From the NCBI GenBank assembly GCA_903831045.1, contig CAIKWG010000030.1, positions 1 to 52,765 of the forward strand: DNA of 52,765 nucleotides. The letters run 5' to 3'. A program made the translations under genes and the position numbers. The stretch comes from an uncultured archaeon (lineage in GTDB: Archaea > Nanobdellota > Nanobdellia > Pacearchaeales > GW2011-AR1). The notes under the pieces are model-generated. The model searched no databases. It worked only from the letters and a program-made list of their open reading frames with translations, and was not told the DNA's origin. Of the stretch, positions 19,759-27,953 are shown piece after piece (position 1 is the stretch's first letter; each line of letters starts with the position of its first letter).

Positions 19759-20466
19759 CTAAGGTTTTTTGTCCATTAAAGGATTAATTACTTTTGCAAA
19801 AGAATCCTCAATCATATTCATTTCTCTTTTTATGAGATTTAAATTTTCACCATAGTTGCTTACTTTATCAATTACAGTCATTTGCATTTTATCAAACATC
19901 TTTTCCATTCTTCCGAGTCTTTCTGTTAGATCCGTTAATCTTGATTCAAAGATGTCTCTAAACTCCATGGCATCTCTAAGTTGCATTTGGAATTTTTTCA
20001 TTTTTTCTGCTACAACTTGTTCTGCAATTTCTATTGTTGCATCTTGATTGTAGGAGTATTCTCCTTCATAACTTTGTTCAGAGTATGTTTCTTGTGTTGG
20101 GGCTGTGTCAGTGTAGGTTTCACCTTCATAGAATGATTCTTCTCTTCCTTGTGGCGTGTAATAATTTTGTTCTTGAGGAACTGGCACTGCAGCCTGGGGA
20201 GAATATATTTCTTCTTGAGGTGGAACTACTTGTTTAGCTGTTCCATCTGGAACGGGAGATATCGCTTCTTCATCTTCCATCATTGAAGGAGTCATTCCTT
20301 CAGTAGGATTCTCTTCTTCAGCTGATACTGCGTTTTTTATTTGTGATTGATTTAATGCATCCATTATTTCTCCAGGAGATTTTCCTTCTTCTTGTAGAAT
20401 TGTGATTATTTCTCTTTCTGACATACCATCTTTTTTTAGTTGTGTTACCTTATCTATTAGACCCAT
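19759..20466 (-). CDS. Coiled-coil protein with small helical N-domain and P/Q/E/Y-rich linker
   Basis: 235 aa. The N-terminal ~45 aa form a helical module (KDGMSEREIITILQEEGKSPGEIMDAL). A low-complexity acidic linker and C-terminal heptad-like helices follow. Confidence 0.5.
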   Translation of the reverse strand: MGLIDKVTQLKKDGMSEREIITILQEEGKSPGEIMDALNQSQIKNAVSAEEENPTEGMTPSMMEDEEAISPVPDGTAKQVVPPQEEIYSPQAAVPVPQEQNYYTPQGREESFYEGETYTDTAPTQETYSEQSYEGEYSYNQDATIEIAEQVVAEKMKKFQMQLRDAMEFRDIFESRLTDLTERLGRMEKMFDKMQMTVIDKVSNYGENLNLIKREMNMIEDSFAKVINPLMDKKP

Positions 20467-20476
20467 CTTATTATAT

Positions 20477-20824
20477 TTATGATTGATTGTTTTTTAACTT
20501 TTCTAAGTCGCTTTTTCTAACAAAATCTAAAGGTTGAAACATTTTTGCCTGTTTTCTTAACAATTCTAGTTCCTCTTTTCTTGCAAATTTAGAAAATTCA
20601 CTTGAGGCTGTTTCTAAAAATGATTTGACTCTATTAAGAGTTTGTTTTATTTCTTCTAGCTCTTTTTTTAGTTCAATGAACTCGCTTTCTGTTCTTTCTT
20701 TTATTTCAATTAAATTTTGACCTATCAAAAGCATCCTATCTTTCAGAAGTCTTTGCTTTTCTTCTAGGTCCCTTATACTTATTTGAGAAGCATATCCGTA
20801 ATCCTGCGATTCCTCTTTTGACAT
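20477..20824 (-). CDS. Small coiled-coil protein
   Basis: 115 aa, E/K/L-rich with a heptad-like pattern. It is first in a two-gene unit divergent from the pilus ATPase. Confidence 0.5.
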   Translation of the reverse strand: MSKEESQDYGYASQISIRDLEEKQRLLKDRMLLIGQNLIEIKERTESEFIELKKELEEIKQTLNRVKSFLETASSEFSKFARKEELELLRKQAKMFQPLDFVRKSDLEKLKNNQS

Positions 20825-20891
20825 ATTATAATTAAGTTTAGAAGGTTTAAATTTGTTTGGAATTGTTTTCTAACTTTATTTAATTTAATTA

Positions 20892-20908
20892 CATTTATTA
20901 TAAAAATT
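20892..20908 (+). promoter_or_regulatory. TATA/BRE-like element upstream of the pilus ATPase
   Basis: CATTTATTATAAAAATT lies 46 nt upstream of ATG 20938, with AGGAT just before the start. It has the same core as the element at 27906. Confidence 0.4.
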
Positions 20909-20937
20909 AATATAAACTCCTTTTTCTTTAGGATAAT

Positions 20938-23229
20938 ATGCAATTTGCTGAAGGAGCAAAGCTCTATGATTTTGTTGTTGAAAGAGAAGGTGGTGAAGAT
21001 ATACTTTATGTTAATTATTTCGGGGCATTATACTCTCCAAACCTAGCGGATTCGGCTGAAGTCATGGAAAGAACAATTGATCTCCTTGTAGAAAATCCAA
21101 ATGTTTCTAGAATTGTTTTTGTTCAGCAAAAGAATTATAATTATGATTTTAAAGAAACTACCTATTTACTTGAAATTGCTAGTCTCTATGTTCATTTAAT
21201 CAGGCAGGAAAAAATTCTGTCCCAGGAAAGATTAGCTCCTTCTAATCCAAATGCTTTTTCTTCCAGGTATAACGCACTTTTTTCATTTTTATATTTATTA
21301 AAAAAAGATCCTATTCTTGCGCATTCTGAATTAAAAAGATTAATCTATGAAGCAAAGATTTTTTTAGAGAGAACCGGTGGAGAAGGATTTAAACTTGATC
21401 AAAGAAATTATATTTCAGTTTTATTGAGAACCATGAGTTTTCTTGAAGGATTGAGAGTTATTCAAGATGCTTCTCCGCACATGGAAATGTATCGGAAAGG
21501 AAGCAGAGAAATTTATCATCATCTGTTTAAACCAGATGTTATTCCTAATTTTACTTTTACTCGTTTGGTATCTGATTTGCCCATGGACGCAGAAATTATA
21601 GATGAGTATAAAATTTCTTTGAATGATTATGATGTTTCTACTGTGACTATTTTAAAAAAGAAAGATGAATCCAGATTAATTTATCACATTGTTCCTCCAG
21701 AGCATGCTTTACCAGAAGAACAAAGTGAACTTCTTAATCTTGCTAGGGGAGTTTTAATTGAACATCAACCAAAAGCAGAAGAATTTACTGATAGTGATAG
21801 AACTCGTCAGGTTTTTTTTAATGTGTCTAAGGATTTATTGAGAGATTTAGCTGAAAATAAGAAAATTAATTTAAGTTTTTATTCTTTGAATAAATTAGCA
21901 ACTATCTTAGTTAGACATACAATTGGTTTTGGACTAATTGAAGTTTTATTGCAGGATAAAAATCTGCAGGATATTTCTTTGAATGCTCCAATTGCTCAGG
22001 TCCCGGTTTACATTAGGCATAATGACTATGATGAATGTACAACAAATATTTTTCCTAGCTTTGAGGATGCTGATTCTTGGGCTGCAAAGTTCAGAATGAT
22101 TTCCGGTAGACCTCTTGATGAAGCAAATCCAATTTTGGATACTCAGTTAGAATTTGGAGGATTGAGAGCCAGAGTTGCAATCGTGCAGGACCCTCTTAGC
22201 CCAGATGGTTTAGCTTATTCTATCAGAAGACACAGAGAATCTCCTTGGACTTTGCCTTTATTTATTGAAAATAAAATGATTAATCCTTTTGCTGCTGGAT
22301 TAATGAGTTTTATGATTGATGGTGCTCGAACACTTTTAATTGCAGGAACTAGAAGTTCGGGTAAAACTTCCTTCCTTGGAAGTTTGATGTTGGAGATTAT
22401 GCCAAAAAATAGGATTATTACTGTGGAAGATTCTCTAGAACTTCCTATTGATTCAATGCGAACTCTTGGATACAATATTCTTAGAATGAAAGTTCGTTCC
22501 GCACTTCTTAAAACTTCAACGGAAGTTGATGCTGCGGATGGAATTCGAACTTCTTTGAGATTAGGAGATAGTTGTTTGATTATGGGTGAAGTACGTTCGG
22601 TGGAAGCTCTTGCATTATATGAAGCAATGAGAGTTGGTGCTTTGGCAAATGTTGTTGCAGGTACGATTCATGGTGCTTCTCCCTACGGGGTTTATGATCG
22701 TGTGGTTAATGATTTGGGAGTTCCAACAACCTCATTTAAGGCAACAGACATAATTGCAGTTGCAAATCCAATAAAATCTGCAGATGGATTACACTCATGG
22801 AGAAGAATGTTACAAATTACTGAAGTTCGTAAGCATTGGGAAAAAGATCCTCTTCTGGAAAAAGGATTCATTGATTTAATGAGATATAATGTTGAAAAAG
22901 ATGAATTGGAGCCAAGTGAAGATTTAATTAATGGAGATAGTGAGATTATTAAGGAAATTGCTTCCAAGGTTAGAGGTTGGGCAGGAAATTGGGACGCAGC
23001 CTATGACAATATTTTGCTGAGAGCAAAGATGAAAGAAGAAATAGTTAAACTTTCTAAAAATTCTGGAAATAAAAGTATTCTCGAAGCAGATTTTAATGTT
23101 AGAGCTAATCACGAGTTCCATAAAATTTCTGATGATGTTGTTTCCGAGATTGGATTGCCATTGAGTTCAAAAGTTTTTCCAAAATGGCAAAAATGGTTGA
23201 ATGAAGAAGTGAAAAGTAGAAAAATTTGA
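20938..23229 (+). CDS. Type II/IV secretion-family ATPase (archaeal PilB/FlaI-like pilus assembly ATPase)
   Basis: Walker A AGTRSSGKTS, Walker B-like CLIMGEVRS and His box AGTIHGASP. 763 aa with a long N-terminal extension. Confidence 0.88.
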   Translation: MQFAEGAKLYDFVVEREGGEDILYVNYFGALYSPNLADSAEVMERTIDLLVENPNVSRIVFVQQKNYNYDFKETTYLLEIASLYVHLIRQEKILSQERLAPSNPNAFSSRYNALFSFLYLLKKDPILAHSELKRLIYEAKIFLERTGGEGFKLDQRNYISVLLRTMSFLEGLRVIQDASPHMEMYRKGSREIYHHLFKPDVIPNFTFTRLVSDLPMDAEIIDEYKISLNDYDVSTVTILKKKDESRLIYHIVPPEHALPEEQSELLNLARGVLIEHQPKAEEFTDSDRTRQVFFNVSKDLLRDLAENKKINLSFYSLNKLATILVRHTIGFGLIEVLLQDKNLQDISLNAPIAQVPVYIRHNDYDECTTNIFPSFEDADSWAAKFRMISGRPLDEANPILDTQLEFGGLRARVAIVQDPLSPDGLAYSIRRHRESPWTLPLFIENKMINPFAAGLMSFMIDGARTLLIAGTRSSGKTSFLGSLMLEIMPKNRIITVEDSLELPIDSMRTLGYNILRMKVRSALLKTSTEVDAADGIRTSLRLGDSCLIMGEVRSVEALALYEAMRVGALANVVAGTIHGASPYGVYDRVVNDLGVPTTSFKATDIIAVANPIKSADGLHSWRRMLQITEVRKHWEKDPLLEKGFIDLMRYNVEKDELEPSEDLINGDSEIIKEIASKVRGWAGNWDAAYDNILLRAKMKEEIVKLSKNSGNKSILEADFNVRANHEFHKISDDVVSEIGLPLSSKVFPKWQKWLNEEVKSRKI

Positions 23230-23250
23230 AGGATATAATTCTCCTCTAGC

Positions 23251-23267
23251 TTAATAATATTTAAATA
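23251..23267 (+). promoter_or_regulatory. TATA-like element for the giant adhesin gene
   Basis: TTAATAATATTTAAATA is centred about 30 nt upstream of ATG 23289, consistent with a leaderless transcript. Confidence 0.35.
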
Positions 23268-23288
23268 GTATCTAGAGTTATTTTTTTT

Positions 23289-26200
23289 ATGAAGAGAAGT
23301 GGGGATTACTTATTTGTTATTTCATTGATATTAGTATTATCTTTATCTCTTGTTTCTGCTGGATGGTTTTCAAATATTTTTGGGAAAATCAGTGGAAATG
23401 CTCCAGCAGTAGATTCTGGAGATGGAGGAACAAATTCTGGAGTAACGTCTGGTTCTAGTTATGCTTCGAGATATTGGTCTTTTTTTGATGGAAGCGGGGT
23501 TAGTGTTTATTTTAGAACAGAAAGATTTTTTGGTTCTGGAGGAATTGATACAATCGTTAATGGAATTAAACAAGAATATGGACTGACAGATTTTAATATT
23601 GTGAATACAAAATGTTACTTCCAAGATCCTGTTGTTTGTACTAATTTTACTGAAGTGGCTTGTAGTGAATGTGCAACTTCTAAAGATAGATGTGAATTTG
23701 TTAAATTAATTGTTAATTCTGCTAATATTCCTGCATCATCTAGTGGAGCAGGACTTGAAACTGGACCTGCGGAAGAAGCAGAAGCTGGAAATGTTCAATA
23801 CTCTCTAGTTTGTGATTCTATTGCTTTTGCAGATAATAAAGCTAATATTGATATTTTTGATTTCTCTGGAGAACCAATTTTAGCTAATAAAATAAATGTT
23901 CCTACAAATTATAGTCTTGTTAGTTATGAAGATAAAATTTATGTTGTTTCTTCTGGAGCATTAATTGCTCTTGATGCTTCGCAAAAAGAAATTTGGAGAT
24001 ATGAGACCACTACCTCTGGAAAAGGAGGAATATTTTATCAACCCTTTGTGGACGAAGAAAAAGGAATACTTTATGTTGGAGCTAGTAATGGTTTTTTATT
24101 TTCTATTGATCTTAATAAAAGTGTGAGTGGAGCTGTTTTAAATTGGTTTTCTGAATATTCTGGAAATGTAGAATTGAAATCAATGGATTTTAATTCTAAT
24201 TATATTGTTGCCGGGGATAGTTCTAAGGGACTTCTTTTAATTAATAGATCCAATGGTAATAAAATTTTAAATTATTCTGATGGAAAAGGGTTGAGTTATC
24301 CATTTATTTATGAAGATAAAGTTGTTCTTAGTGGGAAAAATAGCATATCTGTTTTTGAATTGACTACACTTAAACCTCTTTGGGAAGAAAAATTTAATGT
24401 AAATTTCATTTCTCCAGTTTTCGTTGATAAAGGAGTTGTTTATGCTGGAAGTTCCTATGGTTTTTATGCTTTGAATTTAAGTTCTAAAGAGTATATCTTT
24501 AGTAGAGTTGGAGGAGCTGATTCTTGGCCTGAAGCGAGAGCAAATCCGGAACATTTCTTTAAGGCTATTTACACTCAACCAGTAGTTGAGGGGGATGTAA
24601 TTTATCTTACTGGTAGTGGAGGAACATTGTTTGCCTTGAATAAGAGTGGATATAAAATTTGGTATTATTCTCTGAGTGGAATTCAAAGAGCAGAAAATGG
24701 TGGAGATATAGTGTATCTTTCTTCTCCAAAAATTATTGGGGATTATATTATTTTCAGTGGGGGAAAAAATCAAGCAACTTCAAAACTTTATGTTCTAGAC
24801 AAAGCTAGTGGGCAAGAACTTTTTAATTATACTCTTGATGGGCAAAGTAGTTTAGCTTCTATTGAAAATGTTCCTGCAACTGCATGTGTAAATAAAATTG
24901 TTTCTGGTCCTCTTGGAAAGAAAAGATTAAGTTGGGCTCAAATTATGGCAAATCTTCTTGCTGCATTAAAATTAAATCCTCCGAGCAGTGGTTCATCTGG
25001 AGTTACCAGAAATGCTTGGGATGTTTTACCATCTACAGGATGTGAAACAGATATGGGTAATTGCGTTAAACTAGAAAATGGGAAGTGGGTTTGCGATAGA
25101 GAATTTTGTACTCTTTATCAAACAACCTATGAAAATGGAATTCCTAACGGAGGAATTTTAATTCCATTCCTTGATTCATTAAAATTAATTTCTATTTCAA
25201 ATGGTGTTGCTAATATTAATCTTACTTATTCAAAAAAAGAAATTTCTCTTGGTAGTGGACAAAAGATGGCTATTGGAGATAGTGGAAAAGGAATTTTAAT
25301 AACAAATACCGGAACTAATTATATTGTCTTTCAGGTTGGTAAGATGGAAGAGTTAGGAGGAAGTACTAGTGGAGGAAATACTGGGGATAGTAAATTAACT
25401 TGTTCGGATAGTGATGGAAAAAATTATGGAACCTATGGTTGGGTTAATTTTACAAAAGAAACATTGAGTGGTGGGAATAATTATCAAACTGGTTCCTATG
25501 AGGATAGATGTATTTCTGGAATAAATTATGAGGCCTATTGTAGTGGATTATTGCCTCAAATAGAAACTTATACTTGTCCCAATGGTTGTGATGTTTCTAA
25601 TAAGTTCTGTAAAGGAAGTTCTAATAAAATTTGTGGTAATGGAATCATAGATGGTGCAGAAGAATGTGATAGAGGAAGTGGTTGTAATACTACTACCTGT
25701 AAATGTGTAACTGGGTTTAAACCTCAATCTCCTCCACAACCTTGGTGTGAACTTGTAGTTGTAGATAATTCTAATTATTATCCTGCACCTTTTTTAGTTA
25801 AAGGAATTACCGATGTTGCAGTTGTTTATAGTACTCTTGGTTCTCCAATTGTTTATACAGATGCTCAAAAAATACAAAATGATTTGGAAAGGAGAAATGG
25901 TTTTCCAATTGGAAATGTTATTATTAATGAATCTAAAATTAATGAAATCAATTCTCATAATTTAATTGTGGTTGGTTCTGCCTGTGAAAATAATTTTATA
26001 AAATCTTTAGCTGGAAAAACAGATTGTACTCAAATTAAAACAGCATTAGGATTATCTTCTAAGGATTATCTAATTAAAAGTTATTCAAATCCTTTTATGA
26101 ATGGTAAGATAATTCTTCTTGTTACGGGATATGGTACCGAAGAAACTTCTGCAGCAGTCAATTATTTAATCTCTTCAACCACTCTTCCTACTTCAGTTGG

Positions 26201-27896
26201 TTCTATTTATAGAGGTAAGATTGGAGATAGTTCTAGCTGTTCTGATCCGGATTCTGCAAATCCTTATTATACTCAAACTACAACCTATAATTCAACTTTT
26301 TCTGGAACAGATAATTGTAGTGGAATCTCATTGATTGAATATTATTGTCAAGGTGCAAGCGTTAAATCTCAAATCGTGCCTTGTCCTTCGGGTTATTCTT
26401 GTAGTGTTGGAGCTTGTAAATCTCAGGATAAAAAAAGAAATTGTAGTGATAGTGATGGGGGATATAATCTTTTTGAAAAAGGAACTCTTACTTGGATTAC
26501 AGAAGTAGGGACTGTTTTTAATACAGATAATTGTGTAGATAGTTATCTTAATGAATATTATTGTGTGAATAATGACTCTATGTCTAATTTTACAAAGTGT
26601 GAAAATGGTTGTGAAAATGGTGCTTGTAAAACTGAAGGAGGTATTTCAAATTGTACAAGATTGACAGATGTGAATTATTATCAATTAACTCTTGGAAGTT
26701 CAAAGATTACCTACGCTAATGGAACATCAAGAGAAATAATAGATAGTTGTATCGACAATGCAACTAAACAATTTGATTGTAGAAATGGAAAGAAGGATTA
26801 TACTATTTTAAACTGTGCTTCGGGACAAACATGTGAAAATGGAATTTGTAAACCTTTTGAAGGAAATAATTCTATTCCCACTAATGAATCTAAAGAGGGA
26901 TCTAATTCAACTGGTAATTGGGGAACTTGTATTGATTCAGATGGAGGAGTTAATTTATTCGTCAAGGGTCACCCTTCTATTAATGGAGTTCCCGTTGGAG
27001 GAACTGAAGATCATTGTATTACTAGTGGTTCCGATAAAGGAAAGATAGCAGAATATTATTGTACCAATAAAAGTGGTTATGGGTGGTATTGGGCGGCTTT
27101 TGATTGTCCAAATAACGGATTTTGTTTAAATGGGGTTTGTGATAAATGTGACAGCGGATGTTTCTATGATGGTAAATGTTATGATTATGGAACTAGAAGA
27201 AATGGAGTTTTTAATTATGATTTTTGTACAGTTAATGGTTGGATAAGAAATGGAGGATGCTATGGAGATTCTGGATGTAATGGTGAAGAAATTTGTGTTA
27301 ATGGAACTTGCAAACTTGGAGAATGTTCTTCAACTAAACCTTGTGCTAATGGGAAGGTTTGTGAGAGTGGGGTTTGTAAAATTGGAAATTGTATTGAAGA
27401 TTCTGATTGTGATTCAGGAAGAATTTGTGTTAATTATACCTGTAAAGATAAGGTTGTAAATTCAAAAATTATTGACTGTACAGATAATGATACTGTACCA
27501 TACCAATTAACTTTTGGTGCTATGTGGATTACTTGGCCAAATGGAACACAACAAACATTGTTTGATTCTTGTGTTGGTGCAAAAGTCCAAGAATATCAAT
27601 GTATTGGATTAAAAGATTATACCTATGTTTTAAGTTCTTGTGCTAGTGGTTATAACTGTATTGGTGGAGTTTGTAAACTAATCCCCCCAAGTTGTGAGTA
27701 TCCAGCTAATTCAAAGGAATATTATTCTCCTGGAAGTATAATTGATGGAGATAAATGTTGTGATAATTTAGGAAAAGTTCAGAATAGGGCTTATACAGAT
27801 TCCTCATGCTCAGAAAATTATCAATGTAGAAGTAATGGTTGTTGTAAGGGAAAATGTCAAAGCCCCTGGAATGTATTTTGGGGAGTTAAGTGTTAA
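23289..27896 (+). CDS. Giant secreted cysteine-rich protein: prepilin-like N-terminus, PQQ/BamB-type beta-propeller, S-layer-like domain, six Cys modules
   Basis: 1535 aa with N-terminus MKRSG-DYLFVISLILVLSLSLV. It has repeated propeller blades (IYVVSSGALIALD, LYVGASNGFLFSID, VVYAGSSYGFYALN, VIYLTGSGGTLFALN, KLYVLDKASGQ). Six CSDSDG...EYYC...C..G.C modules follow. Confidence 0.85.
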   Translation: MKRSGDYLFVISLILVLSLSLVSAGWFSNIFGKISGNAPAVDSGDGGTNSGVTSGSSYASRYWSFFDGSGVSVYFRTERFFGSGGIDTIVNGIKQEYGLTDFNIVNTKCYFQDPVVCTNFTEVACSECATSKDRCEFVKLIVNSANIPASSSGAGLETGPAEEAEAGNVQYSLVCDSIAFADNKANIDIFDFSGEPILANKINVPTNYSLVSYEDKIYVVSSGALIALDASQKEIWRYETTTSGKGGIFYQPFVDEEKGILYVGASNGFLFSIDLNKSVSGAVLNWFSEYSGNVELKSMDFNSNYIVAGDSSKGLLLINRSNGNKILNYSDGKGLSYPFIYEDKVVLSGKNSISVFELTTLKPLWEEKFNVNFISPVFVDKGVVYAGSSYGFYALNLSSKEYIFSRVGGADSWPEARANPEHFFKAIYTQPVVEGDVIYLTGSGGTLFALNKSGYKIWYYSLSGIQRAENGGDIVYLSSPKIIGDYIIFSGGKNQATSKLYVLDKASGQELFNYTLDGQSSLASIENVPATACVNKIVSGPLGKKRLSWAQIMANLLAALKLNPPSSGSSGVTRNAWDVLPSTGCETDMGNCVKLENGKWVCDREFCTLYQTTYENGIPNGGILIPFLDSLKLISISNGVANINLTYSKKEISLGSGQKMAIGDSGKGILITNTGTNYIVFQVGKMEELGGSTSGGNTGDSKLTCSDSDGKNYGTYGWVNFTKETLSGGNNYQTGSYEDRCISGINYEAYCSGLLPQIETYTCPNGCDVSNKFCKGSSNKICGNGIIDGAEECDRGSGCNTTTCKCVTGFKPQSPPQPWCELVVVDNSNYYPAPFLVKGITDVAVVYSTLGSPIVYTDAQKIQNDLERRNGFPIGNVIINESKINEINSHNLIVVGSACENNFIKSLAGKTDCTQIKTALGLSSKDYLIKSYSNPFMNGKIILLVTGYGTEETSAAVNYLISSTTLPTSVGSIYRGKIGDSSSCSDPDSANPYYTQTTTYNSTFSGTDNCSGISLIEYYCQGASVKSQIVPCPSGYSCSVGACKSQDKKRNCSDSDGGYNLFEKGTLTWITEVGTVFNTDNCVDSYLNEYYCVNNDSMSNFTKCENGCENGACKTEGGISNCTRLTDVNYYQLTLGSSKITYANGTSREIIDSCIDNATKQFDCRNGKKDYTILNCASGQTCENGICKPFEGNNSIPTNESKEGSNSTGNWGTCIDSDGGVNLFVKGHPSINGVPVGGTEDHCITSGSDKGKIAEYYCTNKSGYGWYWAAFDCPNNGFCLNGVCDKCDSGCFYDGKCYDYGTRRNGVFNYDFCTVNGWIRNGGCYGDSGCNGEEICVNGTCKLGECSSTKPCANGKVCESGVCKIGNCIEDSDCDSGRICVNYTCKDKVVNSKIIDCTDNDTVPYQLTFGAMWITWPNGTQQTLFDSCVGAKVQEYQCIGLKDYTYVLSSCASGYNCIGGVCKLIPPSCEYPANSKEYYSPGSIIDGDKCCDNLGKVQNRAYTDSSCSENYQCRSNGCCKGKCQSPWNVFWGVKC

Positions 27897-27905
27897 TCTT
27901 CTAAA

Positions 27906-27919
27906 CATTTATTAATTCT
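27906..27919 (+). promoter_or_regulatory. TATA/BRE-like element upstream of the platform gene
   Basis: CATTTATTAATTCT lies 48 nt upstream of ATG 27954. An SD-like AGAGAGG sits 5 nt before the ATG. Confidence 0.4.
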
Positions 27920-27953
27920 TTTTTCGTAAATTAAATTGTGAAGAGAGGTGAAT

